From contig JAUCBJ010005318.1 of the NCBI GenBank assembly GCA_032718475.1, positions 1 to 64,000 of the forward strand: a stretch of 64,000 nucleotides of DNA, given 5' to 3'. The position numbers and the translations under genes were made by a program. This DNA is from Nemertoderma westbladi (lineage: Eukaryota > Animalia > Xenacoelomorpha). The notes under the pieces were generated by a model. The model worked only from the letters and a program-made list of their open reading frames with translations. It was not told the origin of the DNA and ran no database searches. Positions 22,229-36,845 of this stretch are shown in pieces. How positions within the stretch are numbered: the stretch's first letter is position 1; each line of letters starts with the position of its first letter.

Positions 22229-25200
22229 GTTATTATGTAGCGTTAGGTGTTGCACACTACACCTATACGTTATTATGTAGCGTTAGGTGTTGCACACTAC
22301 ACCTATACGTTATTATGTAGCGTTAGGTGTTGCACACTACACCTAGATACGTTATAATGTAGTGTTAGGTGTTGCACACTACACCTATACGTTATTATGT
22401 AGTGTTAGGTTTTGCACACTACACATATACGTTATTATGTAGCGTTAGGTGTTGCACACTACACCTAGATACGTTATAATGTAGTGTTAGGTGTTGCACA
22501 CTACACCTATACGTTATTACGTAGTGTTAGGTTTTGCACACTACACATATACGTTATTATGTAGTGTTAGGTGTTGCACACTACACCTATACCTTATTAT
22601 GTAGCGTTAGGTGTTGCACACTACACCTATACGTTATTATGTAGCGTTAGGTGTTGCACACTACACCTAGATACGTTATAATGTAGTGTTAGGTGGTGCA
22701 CACTACACCTATACGTTATTATGTAGTGTTAGGTTTTGCACACTACACATATACGTTATTATGTATTGTTAGGTGTTGCACACTACACCTATACGTTATA
22801 ATGTAGTGTTAGGTGTTGCACACTACACCTAGATACGTTATAATGTAGTGTTAGGTGTTGCACACTACACCTATACGTTATTATGTAGTGTTAGGTGTTG
22901 CACACTACACCTATACGTTATTATATATTGTTAGGTGTTGCACACTACACCTATACGTTATTATGTAGCGTTAGGTGTTGCACACTACACCGATACGTTA
23001 TTATGTATTGTTAGGTGTTGCACACTACACTTATACGTTATAATGTAGTGTTAGGTGTTGCACACTACACCTATACGTTATTATGTAGCGTTAAGTGTTG
23101 CACACTACACCTATACGTTATTATGTAGCGTTAGGTGTTGCACACTACACCTAGATACGTTATAATGTAGTGTTAGGTGTTGCACACTACACCTATACGT
23201 TATTATGTAGTGTTAGGTTTTGCACACTACACATATACGTTATTATGTATTGTTAGGTGTTGCACACTACACCTATACGTTATAATGTAGTGTTAGGTGT
23301 TGCACACTACACCTATACGTTATTATGTAGCGTTAGGTGTTGCACACTACACCTATACGTTATTATGTAGCGTTAGGTGTTGCACACTACACCTATACGT
23401 TATTATGTAGCGTTAGGTGTTGCACACTACACCTATACGTTATTATGTAGCGTTAGGTGTTGCACACTACACCTAGATACGTTATAATGTAGTGTTAGGT
23501 GTTGCACACTACACCTATACGTTATTATGTAGCGTTAGGTGTTGCACACTACACCTATACGTTATTATGTAGCGTTAGGTGTTGCACACTACACCTATAC
23601 GTTATAATGTAGTGTTAGGTGTTGCACACTACACCTATACGTTATTATGTAGCGTTAGGTGTTGCACACTACACCTATACGTTATTATGTAGCGTTAGGT
23701 GTTGCACACTACACCTATACGTTATAATGTAGTGTTAGGTGTTGCACACTACACCTAGATACGTTATAATGTAGTGTTAGGTGTTGCACACTACACCTAT
23801 ACGTTATTATGTAGTGTTAGGTTTTGCACACTACACATATACGTTATTATGTATTGTTAGGTGTTGCACACTACACCTATACGTTATAATGTATTGTTAG
23901 GTGTTGCACACTACACCTATACGTTATAATGTAGTGTTAGGTGTTGCACACTACACCTATACGTTATTATGTAGCGTTAGGTGTTGCACACTACACCTAT
24001 ACGTTATTATGTAGCGTTAGGTGTTGCACACTACACCTAGATACGTTATAATGTAGTGTTAGGTGTTGCACACTACACCTATACGTTATTATGTAGTGTT
24101 AGGTTTTGCACACTACACATATACGTTATTATGTATTGTTAGGTGTTGCACACTACACCTATACGTTATAATGTAGTGTTAGGTGTTGCACACTACACCT
24201 AGATACGTTATAATGTAGTGTTAGGTGTTGCACACTACACCTATACGTTATTATGTAGTGTTAGGTGTTGCACACTACACCTATACGTTATTATGTAGTG
24301 TTAGGTTTTGCACACTACACACACATATACGTTATGATGTATTGTTAGGTGTTGCACACTACACCTATACGTTATAATGTAGTGTTAGGTGTTGCACACT
24401 ACACCTATACGTTATTATGTAGTGTTAGGTGTTGCACACTACACCTATACGTTATTAGGTAGTGTTAGGTGTTGCACACTACACCTATACGTTATTATGT
24501 AGTGTTAGGTTTTGCACACTACACATATACGTTATTAGGTAGTGTTAGGTGTTGCACACTACACCTATACGTTATTATGTAGTGTTAGGTTTTGCACACT
24601 ACACATATACGTTATTAGGTAGTGTTAGGTGTTGCACGCTACACCTATACGTTATTAGGTAGTGTTAGGTGTTGCACACTTCACCTATACGTTATAATGT
24701 AGTGTTAGGTGTTGCACACTACACCTAGATACGTTATAATGTAGTGTTAGGTGTTGCACACTACACCTATACGTTATTATGTAGTGTTAGGTGTTGCACA
24801 CTACACCTATACGTTATTATGTATTGTTAGGTGTTGCACACTTCACCTATACGTTATAATGTAGTGTTAGGTGTTGCACACTACACCTATACGTTATTAT
24901 GTAGTGTTAGGTGTTGCACACTACACCTATACGTTATTAGGTAGTGTTAGGTGTTGCACACTTCACCTATACGTTATAATGTAGTGTTAGGTGTTGCACA
25001 CTACACCTATACGTTATTATGTAGTGTTAGGTGTTGCACACTACACCTATACGTTATTATGTAGTGTTAGGTGTTGCACACTACACCTTTACGTTATTAG
25101 GTAGTGTTAGGTGTTGCACACTACACCTATACGTTATTATGTAGTGTTAGGTGTTGCACACTACACCTATACGTTATTAGGTAGTGTTAGGTGTTGCACA

Positions 25201-25285
25201 CTACACCTATACGTTATTATGTAGTGTTAGGTGTTGCACACTACACCTATACGTTATTATGTAGTGTTAGGTGTTGCACACTACA
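22229..25285. repeat. 40-bp minisatellite, about 76 copies
   Basis: Unit GTTATTATGTAGYGTTAGGTGTTGCACACTACACCTATAC, with 42-bp (CTAGATAC) and other recurring variants. Confidence 0.98.
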
Positions 25286-25619
25286 TATGTAGTAGATGGT
25301 AACGACAAAACATTGTAAATTACTTTACTTATTACATATTTTTATCACTAAACCTACCGAAATGACTGCGGTACTCACTTAAAGTCGAACAGTATAATAA
25401 TGGCCAATACATGGAGCACTTATAGCTCAGATGTGGACAAGATAATATAATAAGTTTACATGTAGTTTATTGTTTTAATATCATAAAGGAGGCTAGGGTT
25501 CGCAATAGAAGGTTCGCAGTGCGTGGCACTTTTTCAAAATTATAATAAGTGCTACTCCCTAATTTTGGTGCACCAAAAATGACGAACCAGTAAGTCTTCA
25601 GGCTTCTATATTACTTTAA

Positions 25620-27221
25620 GGGGGGGGGGGGGTACACCCCCCTATGGACCTTTTTTGCAAATGGCTATAATTTCTGCTTATGTGTAATTTTGTATATTTT
25701 ATACCTTTCGGGGGATTAACATATGGCCAAAGATTGGGTTCAAAAATTTTTTTTTCAAATTTGCGTCGCCCTCTAGCGGCCACCAGCGAAATTGTTAATT
25801 TCACTAAAAACACTACTAGTCTCACAATTTTGGGCGAAAATTTTCGAAACTTGGTTTTTCTGAATCAGCATCCTTGGCTCCACAAAACTTATCGGTTACA
25901 TTTTTTATTTAGGTCTTAAATATTTTTTAAATATTATTAACTAATATTAATTATTACTTAATGGATATTAACTAATTTCAAGAAATTAATATGGCACAAT
26001 TCAAAATTTTAACCGATAACTTTTGATCAAAACCCGAAAAGAAATCAAACAAAAAAAAAATTTCGAAAATTCGTTAAGAAATGGCGGAGTAGTAGTATTT
26101 TGAATGTGAAAAATACAATTCCGAGATAAACGCATTTAAAGTTTAAGAACAATATATTTCAAATGTTCCCGATATTTTCAGTACTGGTATCTCCTTTTCT
26201 TTTCCGATTGGTTATCCCCTATCCATATTTTGTGATTTCTCAATGGATTTGGTTCAAAAAAACCCCTACCCACTTTTAACAACCTGTTAAAATAATTTTA
26301 GAGTGCTTGCCAAAAAAACACTTCGCGCAGCACGTGAACAAATTACATTTTGGCGTATTGATTTGATCGCATACTATTTCGTCATTTAGTAATAAATAGT
26401 CATGGAATAATGAGATAACCTTAAGAAACATTCAAAATTATATAAAAATTTCCACATAATTTTATAATAAGCCTTTACACAGAACATTAAGCTTTGCACA
26501 GTACGTGAAACCTTCGCGCAGCACGTGAGACATTTGCGCAGCAGGTGAAGGTTTCACGTACAACTTAAATTCTTCATAAAGCAAGTTAATTAATCGAGCA
26601 CCTCGGAAAGCTTTTTGATCAGAATGAGAAGCCTTCATGTGGCACATAAACGTTCATGCTGCACATGAAGACTTCGCGCAGCACGTGAATTATTCTCAGA
26701 GCCTGCGGAATTTAAAAAAAATAAGTTTATGGTTGTTTCCCAGAATAATTATTACTAGCTATTGTTATATGATGGTTCACATTTGTTATTACTAGTAGAC
26801 AACTAATCCATTAGACAACTGTTCAATATGTAATACAACACTCATAAATATCTATTAAATATATATTAATTAAAATTTGATGGACATGTTGACAGACAGA
26901 CAGACATACAAACAGACAGACAAACTGAGAGACAGACTGAGATACAGACATAGTGATTAGATAATTCCAAATATTAAAACAGACATCGACATTAAGAAAA
27001 ATCCTAACAGTAAACATTGCAGATTGCTTATTTTATGCCCTTTTTAATATTTCGATGGACAGACAGACAGACATACAGACGGAAAACCAGCCATTACTCG
27101 AGAAGTAAAAGAGATCTCGCTAAGCCGTTTCCAGATTTGAAATCCGCATTAAATTCTACTCTAGATGAAATAAAAAAACAAAAAATGAAAATTTTGACCT
27201 GAGGGGGGGTGTACCCCCCCC
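25620..27221. mobile_element. Non-autonomous DNA transposon, Kolobok-like
   Basis: TTAA on both sides (25616-25619, 27222-27225) and TIR GGGGGGGGTACACCCCCC. GG...CC termini with a TTAA TSD fit Kolobok rather than piggyBac (CC...GG). No transposase. Confidence 0.7.
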
Positions 27222-28519
27222 TTAATCGATTCAGCGGTCTAGAGAACCTATAAAAATGCGTTGAAATCAAAATCCAATCACAGGCCTTCAGGCTGCCAAA
27301 ATAAGTCAAAAGATACAAATATAGGCCTATTATTTAAAATAACCGCCGGTACATTTGTAGGAATATTCAGAAGTGCAAAATGTATAAAATATTTGGATTA
27401 TAAAACGTATGTAATTATAATGTGTAATAATAATCATTCACTACAATAATGTTGTGTATAAAACTCAAACGCATTTACTCACTAACGTTAAGTACCTGGA
27501 TCTGGGTGGATGGGTGTATCCAGTCTGGATGGAGACTAACCCTGGGAGTTTAGTCTACAGTCTGCGTGTTAAAGAAAGACTCTAAGTCTACAATAGTTTC
27601 GTTCGCGTGTTTATTCAACTCTCCGGTATATAAAGTGGCGGTCCCAAAACGAAGCGATTTTATTACTATGTTACTATCGTCGTTGCTATCGAGGTTAGGA
27701 CATCGGAGGTAAGGCAGACAGGCCCCCAGACAAACCCCCCGGTGAGCTAGCCGGTCCCAATAACATCTGTCGCTCCTTAGATTGCTGCTGATTGGTCAAC
27801 CCAGCTCGTTCGCTTTCCAGAACGACCGGGAGCCACAGAACGATGAAGGAAGTCCCGAGTACCCAGACAGTTCGGCGACTAAACTGGAATGCGAGAGCGG
27901 CGCCTGGGGAGGAGACAAACAGTCTATAGTTATTGGAACCGATCAGTGCTGTGATACTGTGTAGATGCGGTCTAGGGTAGGTCAGTTACCATTAGGTATG
28001 TATGTACGGTAGGTAAGGTAAAGTCTAAATCTCTAAGGTCCATCGAAAACATTGCAGATTTACAGTCATTAAACAAATTGTAAGACTAGACAAGGCTGCT
28101 AGGCTAACCGTTACAAAAAGAAGTGATTAAAAAAATACAGTATTAAATCTCTACTAGAAATTTAATTAGGAACAACCAGAAAAAATTAAAATTAGGAACT
28201 GTCTTAGGTGGCTGATTGCGGCCAATTATTTCCATTTTTTTTAAATTTTTATCACCCGGGTCGCCAGGTGAAACATGTGAAAAACAGAATCTATTTGATA
28301 GTGGAATGACATCCAGACATCCTACAGTCCTAGTAGATGCAGTAGCAGTAGTACTGCTACGTGTTTTATGAGCCGTTCGCAATTACTAGATTATTTTTGA
28401 TAATTATCTTTTGGCATCCGAATGGTTTAGGCAGTTAGGTCTATAATATATGTCACAATAACTGAATAACATCAACATTGACTTGTGTTTTAACGTTTTT
28501 TTCATGGATGTCAACAGAC

Positions 28520-28720
28520 AAGGTTTGTGGGGTCATAATATGAAATTATCCGTACAGCAAAGTAAATTAGTTGTCTCTAGAAATCGTTTTGAAAGCAGGT
28601 CTGTATCAGTCTGGAATTCATTACCTTCTGATACAGTGATACTGTCAATGCAATTAATTTAGATAATTTTAATCGGCGTATTTGTAATATAGACTTCAGC
28701 TACCTGTGTCATTTTAATAA
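28520..28720 (+). mobile_element. CR1-like LINE 3'-end fragment
   Basis: Translates GHNMKLSVQQSKLVVSRNRFESRSVSVWNSLPSDTV, matching the CR1-type ORF2 C-terminal GH..KL...WN.LP motif. Confidence 0.65.
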
Positions 28721-28811
28721 TTAGTCAATTCGACTAATCAATCCGTAACATGTTTTACATTAGGCCTATCCTATTTTATATTTTTTAGTACCGGTACCGG
28801 TAATAATTACG

Positions 28812-30808
28812 GGTGCTTAGATCGTGGCTTTTCCAGTTAACATTATTCCATTTTGTATCAAACAAGCGACGTGGTTGGAGAAACCTGCTAGGGGCTGATA
28901 CTAAGCAGCAACCAATCACGGTAATCCTGTTTAACACAGAGTCAATGAGAATGGAATATTGCTAACATGAAAAAGTTCAGGTTACCATTATTCCAAAGTA
29001 ATCAGATATTACACGAAGTGGGGACTTCGCGCAGCACGAAGTTGGCAGAGCCTTAGCGAATTGACACTGTTAGGGGGTGGGTCAATTTATGCAAATAGTT
29101 GTCGTTGTCACGTTGGCCCTCTAGCGGCAGACTGGAGAACTGCAGATGGATTCGCCTCCTTTGAAAGTCACAGCTAATGGTCTAATACATATCTGCCAAG
29201 TTTTAGCTTAAACGGATTAAAAGCAAAGAAATGGGAGGGCATTTAATGTTTAGACATGTGGCCCTCTAGCGGGAGACCATTGCACTGATGGTGTCTGAAA
29301 GTCTCTCAAAAATCTCAACTTTTGCTCATATTGATACCTACAAATTTTCAACTTGGCAGCTTTCAATCCGACAAAGTTATTAGCATGTCAAAATCGTAAC
29401 GACGACAACGACGACGACAACGACGACGACGACGACGACAACTATTTGCATAAATTGACCCACCCCCTAACAGTGTCAATTCGCTAAGGCTCCGCCAACT
29501 TCGTGGCTCGCCCCACAGTAATTAATTAAGCTGCTAGTGTTAGTCAGTTAGTAATCGAGTAAGCCATATAATATTATATGGTACAATACCAGGCATAATA
29601 TATGCAAGAAAAATAAAAAATACCGTAGTATAAGTGGATTAGTTTAATCACAATGATGTACTGTAAATTAAATATTTATAGTTAAGTCTGGTTTAGTAAT
29701 AAACAATAAACATAGGCCTACTGTACTTATACAATATCTCATTGAAGTACTTGCCACGTAGCAATAGGTATTCAATGTGGACAAAATGCAGGTCTCACAT
29801 TTCAGTTCATCACCCCGAATCTCGTGTTGCCGTTTATTCACACAACATTGATGATACCAACCACTTCGTGCAAACGGGGTGTATGTAAATGCTACGCCAT
29901 AACTCCGACAACCAACGTCGACAACCATTATTAAAGCTAATTAATGTTATTTATTAATTGGGGAAAAGGAACAGGTTACAGTGGAAGGTTAGTCTAACCA
30001 AAACAATAAAACGAGAGTTACGACCTCAGGTTACATTTTCATTTGATGCTGTCGGCAGTCGGTTGTCGGCGTAGTGTTTACACCCGTGCAAACGCTACAT
30101 CCTATCCATTCAATTGGTCCAAGGTCTGCCTGTAGCATTCCCGACACCTGGACACGAGAGTAGCAAAAAGAACAGTTCTGGCTGTCTGGAAGGCAGGACA
30201 GCGTGGATATGGTTTAGTTTCGCTGTCGGTTCTGCTTTTATAAATTTTTTGTTTGTGTCTCGATAATGCAGAGGTTGCTGTGTATTTCTTATCGCATAAA
30301 TTACCTTCAACTACTTTTTTAATCGTCTCATTACTGCTCCCATGTAACTTTCACGAGAAAGAATACGGCCCCTTTCTGCCTTTAAGGCTCTTAAAGAATT
30401 GAATTAACAAAACCTGCTACTGTATTAATAGTATTATGTACTGGTACTGGTATTGGCTTTGGCTATTATTACTGTTGCTTCAATTATTAATAATTTGATT
30501 TGCTGTACCTTCTGTTCTGCCTGACGCCTGACTGCTTTCGGTATAATTGTATACTGAAACAGACAAGGCTGCAAGGGAAGGGTGATAATGAATACAGATC
30601 CTGAGATATGGAATAATTAGATAATGGCAGAATGGTAACCTGAACTTTTCATGTTAGCAATATTCCGATTCTCATTGACTCTGTGTTAAACAGCATTAAC
30701 GTGATTGGTTGCTGCTTAGTATCAGCTTTCTCCAACCACATCACTTGTTTTATTAAAAAAGGAATAAATGTTAACTGGGAAAAGCCACGATCTACTGATC
30801 TAAGCACC
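28812..30808. repeat. Inverted repeat pair of about 180 bp (28812-28989 and 30631-30808)
   Basis: GGTGCTTAG...AAAAGTTCAGGTTACCATT matches AATGGTAACCTGAACTTTT...CTAAGCACC, with small indels. Confidence 0.8.
29018..29516. mobile_element. MITE-like element with about 75-bp inverted repeats
   Basis: CACGAAGTTGGCAGAGCCTTAGCGAATTGACACTGTTAGGGGGTGGGTCAATTTATGCAAATAGTTGTC and its near-perfect reverse complement near 29437-29505, with an internal (GAC)n tract. Confidence 0.8.
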
Positions 30809-32833
30809 AGTCTGCAGGTCTGCCAGTGTAATAATTATGTAGCGAGATACTGTACTGCTGTATGTATACTAATCCCCCTGCTGCCCTGCCTCGTTCCTTG
30901 TTGTCTTTTTTTATTCCTATACAAATTCACCTTATTTTTATATTATTGACATTATTCTTTTTATTCAATTGGATTTTGTTTATTTCAATATTGATATGCA
31001 AGAGGTACCGGCTGACCGGTACACTCATAAGTCAGTAAGTGCAGTTTATTGTTGCACCATCAATTCACAACCAATCTGACAATTGAATCATCAAATCCCC
31101 TGATCATCATGCGGATTTTTTGGGTTTTCTAATAGTTTGTACAAGCCATAAGCTGACAAGAATTAGTAGGCCTACCGTACAGCCATGTGTCCCTAAAATC
31201 TGGGGCGAAAAGACTTGGCAACTTGCAGGCTTGGGGCGAATAGGTGATAGCTGGATAGGTCGAGGGGCGAATCGACCGACCCGCACCCGTGACAGAGCAG
31301 CAGAGTGAAGAGGAAAAAAATTCAAATTAACGTCATGGCTGCATGGGCATGGTGTGGGTGGGCCGTGGGCCTACACCTACAAGGCTATGCCTCTATATCT
31401 GTCTGTAGGTGTAGGTCGTCTACATACCTACCTACCGCGTACCGGCAGACACCGGTCTGCCGGTAGCGGTAGGCTACGTCTGTACTGCTGTACGTTCAGA
31501 CGTTAATTTACTAACCCGATGCCGACTTTGAAGCACATTTCGCGGCGAAGTTTCGAACCCCATTAGGAAACATCTCCGATAGAGCGAATATTCTTTCTAG
31601 AATTGTTTCGTCTTCAACATCTAGATCCTTATCTGAATCACCATCCGCAGCATTTTCTGAATCATCTAAAACCTCAATGTCAGGCATTCTCCTCTCTGAC
31701 TACAGTACTAACTATTTATATTTATATCAGTAGGCCTATATTCAGTGATATTACTGCTGTACTGTGGCAGTACTGTATTACAGTATTAACTAGTTGAACA
31801 ACCAAATACAGAAATAGGTAGGCCTACTGCAGTACCGGTACCCATGTACAGTATAAAGTACAGAAGTACTGACTTTGATGAACTTAGATCTTTGCGAATT
31901 TATGTCCTTCCTATGTATGCATATATGCGAACATAGATCCTATCTGGGTGAACTTAGATCCTATAACTAGGTGAACTCAGATCCCACGTTAAAGCAAAGC
32001 GATCAACTTAGATCTTAGGTGAACTTAGATCCAATTTTTACAAATTCACTAGCACCCGCTAGAGGAAAAGCCAAACTTATATCCCGGGTGTACTGTGCGT
32101 TTGACTACGTTCTATCGATTATAGTGTATTTGTACTGTGTGTTACATTGAGCATATAAACTGTGAGCACAGACTCATGTATATGAGCGCTGTGCTCACAG
32201 ATCCCCATTGGTGACATCTGCTTTGCTGAAATCAAGACTGCAGCTGGGAGCATCAAGACCAATATCTTGCCATAGTGGAGTATATGGCGTGCCTCATGTC
32301 TTTAACCCGCCGCCCGCGGAATCCGCCCAGACCACTATAAAAGCCGCTGCCATTTCTAACGGGTTGGAGGTATGACCTTGAAACTTCATGAATTTTACTC
32401 AAATTTATTCCTCTTTCAACTGAAAAAAACCGTGGCTCTAACCTCATCGCCCGTTTTATTCATACATCACCTTTTTCGCACCCATGTCAGCATGTTTGAA
32501 AATAAATAAAAAAAAATTATAGAGTAAAATGTAAAGTTCCCCAAAACCATACAAATCCCATTCTAAATCGCTTTTTTGGATGTGGCGTTTTGTACAATAT
32601 ATCTAGTGTTTAGTTCAGAGGCCTATCAGGTGGTTTTCGTGCGGGCACAAAAATTGGGTGCTACACGAAATTTTTAAAATTGATTGTTTCGAAATTATCA
32701 TATTTGATCTATATTCCCGTGATATTTAGGCCTAGGTTTTCTGTGACCGCGAATTCAATGTATTTGAAATGAAGTTCACAGGAGTAACGCATTTACATTT
32801 TTCGTCAATCAATAATGTATATAATGTAATATA

Positions 32834-34376
32834 CAGTCCCGCTCTCAAAAAGCATGCCTTTGATCAAACATTGATCAAACTTTGATCAAACATTGATCAA
32901 AGTTTGATCAAAATGTGTCCATAGAATATCATTGAAAGTAGCATTGACATTGAAAGGACATTGATGGCATATTGAAATGACCTTGAAATCGATGGACCGA
33001 AATTCCAGACTTTCTGTCTCATATTGAAATGACATTGAAATGATTTCAAGGTAACAGTTTACATCGCTCTTCTGCGGCATGCCTTTGAACTCAGACTCCC
33101 GCGGAGAACTGGCTTTTGTTAATGGCCAAGCCGCGATGTGATTGACAGGGCGGTGGATGGAGCTTGCTTGACTTTGTGGATGGACAGCGATTGGATTTAC
33201 ATGGCAGTGTTGTTGGTCTTGTTCTTGTAGGGCAGGGCCTATTATTACACTAACAACTAGTTCAGAAAAACAGCCTTTGGAATATTTTTAAATGATTGTT
33301 ATATTAGAAATTAGTTTCAATGTTCCTTAAATCAGAATCAAGGCCAAAGACCTCGATTGACGTAGCAGCGCGATGTCTGCCGTTGCATTGCCTTTGCTTA
33401 TACAGTAATTGTGTAAATTCGACAAGCTTCCTTCCTGCCCCTGTCTCTAAGTATACTAATAAATGTAAATAAAGAAATAAATAAATCCAAGCGCCAGCGC
33501 CAGCGCACCCCTTAAAATACCTTCTAAAAATGTACGTAATTTAATTTTAATACTCTGATAAGGTAATAATTATATTGAAAATCTCATTTGTTTTAAAATA
33601 AACTATGTTATGTACATCATTAGTTACGTATTTTTTAATTCAGATTAACGTATTGTAATTATAATTTTTTAAATATTAAAAATCAAATTGGGTTAGTAAT
33701 ACTTATTAAGTTCTGCTCATTCATTTTTAATTAATGGAGGGTTTTAACCATCCGGCCGACACAGCAGGTCGTTGTAAGACAAGGCATCAATATAACCCCA
33801 GTGATCCCATACCCTCTCTTGTTGTGGAGTGTTACTATATCATTGTACAAGCTGCGGACCTGCACCCCCCCCCCCCCCCCCCCCCCCATTCTAATGTATT
33901 GTAGCCATCCACCCAGCACATTGCGTAACTCAGAATTAAACTCCACACAGCCCATACCCGCCCTTGCTTTCATTACCACCACACCGCCAAGTGGAGATTC
34001 AATTGCGGCTGTTATTTTCTGATAATTGCTGTAAATTATTATAACCTAGGCTTTAACTGGTTTAAATAACGGCTATAGCTTACAAACCTATGGTATGATA
34101 TGGACGTGGTGTCCTGTGTGATCTGCAGACATCCTACAGAGCACATGGAGCATTACACACACAGGGAGAGCGAGAGAGAGAGAGAGAGAGAGAGGGCTGC
34201 TTGATTGACACACGGCTCAGTGGGAATCTAGACTTTGAAGTGCAGCGCCTTTGGTAGAACTCAATGGCAGGATTTATAAGCCTGGTTCATTTCAATATTT
34301 GATCAAACTTTGATCAATGTTTGATCAAAGTTTGATCAATGTTTGATCAAAGGAATGCTTTTTGAGAGCGGGACTG
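32834..34376. mobile_element. Non-autonomous Tc1/mariner-like DNA transposon
   Basis: TA-CAGTCCCGCTCTCAAAAAGCAT ... ATGCTTTTTGAGAGCGGGACTG-TA. The TIRs extend through 11-bp TTGATCAAACW repeats. No ORF. Confidence 0.8.
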
Positions 34377-35035
34377 TATCAATAATGTGACAGGTAATAA
34401 ATCAATTTAGAGTCGTAGCTTACAGCACCATCAATCCTAATCTATCCTGCAGACAAGAAAACCTATACCAAATTACCAACAACACTATTTATATTATACT
34501 GTAGTTGTTATATCAGCAATTATTTCATTGGCGTTCATTCAACCCTGACCCTTCCTTCCCTTTACTATCGACCCTGCTTAGAATAAGTCATTTTATTTCT
34601 GTATGCCTGAAATTATAATTATCCGTGATGGGATATGCGTCCAGTGCCACCCCCCCCCCCCCCCCCCCCCCCCACCTTTTCGCTAATAATTGCTATATTA
34701 TAATTTACATAAAATGAATAATTATTTCGAAACAAATAATTTTGTAAATTTCGTGATGCACCCACTTTTAGTGCACGCATGAAAAATGGTAGTTGCGTTA
34801 CTTGGATGAACTCCATTTCATTAACATTGAATAAATCGCGGAAATATAGATTATAAGGAATATTTAAAAAAATACAAATTTTGAAAATTTTGTGATGACC
34901 CACTTTTAGTGTCCGCACGAAAAATGGTAGTTGCATTACTTCTATCAACTCAATTTCATTACCATTGATTTAGCCACCACAAATATACAAATGGCAAGCT
35001 GTGTTTTCGAGGTGTTTCTTATTATACGTATATTA

Positions 35036-36451
35036 TAGGAACTGTTCTAGTGGTTTTAACCTCGAATGATAAGTTTATTATACAGTCGAAACGCGTACTG
35101 ATGCGTGATTTGATGAGATATGATATTGATGAATTTCAATAAAAAGAAACGGATTATATAAAAAAAGGCGTTCTGGGAAAAACGCATTTAAAGTTTTACG
35201 ACATGTATATTTTTCTTCTTGCAAGACCCTATGGACTAGAACGACAGTTTCTGACTCAAAATTTTACGAGGAATCCGAAAATTTTGATTTAAACCACGTA
35301 GACGCAATCCTTTGTTCGCAAATATCTAATGACAGACAAATTGGCAAAATGACGGACAGTCAGACAGGCGGACAATTGGCAAAATGACGGACAGTCAGAC
35401 AGGCGGACAGACAGTCTAGATTTCGTGAAATGTGAAAACTGACATCAGAAATGAAATCACGAACCCGAGAAACCCCCATAGCAAAAGTTTGTAGTCAGTT
35501 TGTATGCTTTCTTAATGTTTGACGGGCAGTCTGACAAAAAGACGGACAGACAGACAAATGGACAGACAATTTATATTAAGTAAAATATTAAAACAAACAT
35601 CGGAAATGAAATCACGACCCCAAAAAACTTCTTTAGCGAGAATTTTAGTTAGTTAGGATGCTTTCTTAATGTTTGACGGGCAGTCTGACAAAAAGACGGA
35701 CAGACAGACAAATGGACAGACAATTTATATTAAGTAAAATATTAAAACAAACATCGGAAATGAAATCACGACCCCAAAAAACTTCTTTAGCGAGAATTTT
35801 AGTTAGTTAGGATGCTTTCTTAATGTTTGACGGGCAGTCTGACAAAAAGACGGACAGACAGACAAATGGACAGACAATTTATATTAAGTAAAATATTAAA
35901 ACAAACATCGGAAATGAAACCACGACCCCAAAAAACTTCTTTAGCGAGAATTTTAGTTAGTTAGGATGCTTTCTTAATGTTTGACAGACAGTCTGACAAA
36001 AAGACGGACAGACAGACTAACGGACAGACAGTCTATATTACGTGAAATGTGAAAACTGACATCGGAAATGAAATCACGAACCCAAAAACCTCTATGGCGA
36101 GAATTTTAGTTAGCCTGTATTCTTTCTTAATGTTTGACAGACAAACAGACCGACAGACAGAAATATGAATGGATGTCTAGTGTCGTTTTGAACTCTGAAC
36201 TCGTTTTGAAGAAATTATGAGCGATTACCCTTTAGTTTTCGTAAAATTATTCCAAAATGGAAAATGATAGAAGCTAAGTGTAATATACCACTAGATAGCC
36301 CGAAAAATTCTCTACCAGAATCCACCATAAAAAAATATCGATTTTTTTTTATATAATCCGTTTCTACTTGACGCGCCACAAATTTGTACGGTTAATTTAT
36401 TTTCGATAAAATAACCTTATCATTCGAGGTTAAGACCCAGAACAGTTCCTA
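35036..36451. mobile_element. Non-autonomous element with terminal and subterminal inverted repeats and an internal tandem array
   Basis: TAGGAACTGTTCT..TTAACCTCGAATGATAAG is inverted at about 36415-36451, and a second inverted repeat AAACGGATTATATAAAAAAA sits at 35147 and 36344-36363. Confidence 0.65.
35400..36160. repeat. 154-bp tandem repeat (about 4.5-5 copies) containing GACA microsatellite
   Basis: CTTAATGTTTGAC recurs near 35511, 35665, 35819, 35973 and 36126. Confidence 0.9.
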
Positions 36452-36669
36452 ATATATTTATTGTTAGTGAGTTACTGTACTCTAATTCAAAGAAACAACT
36501 TATTTACACCCCGTAATTAAGCTATAATGTGTTATAAAGTTGTGAAAACATTAGTAACTTGTAAAAACTACAAATTACTGTACAAACAAAATACACATTG
36601 CTAACAATACTCATTGCAATACTCTTTGACAACCAAACACAGTTATTATTAAATGAGAGTTAAATATTT

Positions 36670-36845
36670 TTAAGTCGCTCCATGTTCCTTCATAGTCAAC
36701 GAGACGCCACCTTCGATATTTCTTCCGCTCCAACATGGAGGAACGCAAGTTGGTCGGCCTCTACGATCGCCGTGACAATTTGTACTCCTTGAATCCTGCG
36801 CGTTCTTTCGTGCCATGCCACGTTAGTGTCTTTGCAACGTCATCC
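36670..36845 (-). pseudogene. Decayed DUF4806-like (transposon-associated) coding fragment
   Basis: The minus strand gives DDVAKTLTWHGTKERAGFKEYKLS / AIVEA / FLHVGAEEISKVASR*L across frameshifts. This resembles the WxG..K..F..L..I..A..WL pattern; recognised from memory only. Confidence 0.35.

Noticed and set aside
22229-25285. Palindromic ~40-bp repeats resembling a CRISPR array
   Set aside because: Units are contiguous with no unique spacers, there are no cas genes, and the context is eukaryotic.
32302-32830. TTAA-CCC piggyBac-like left end
   Set aside because: I found no matching right end or transposase, so the element boundaries cannot be supported.
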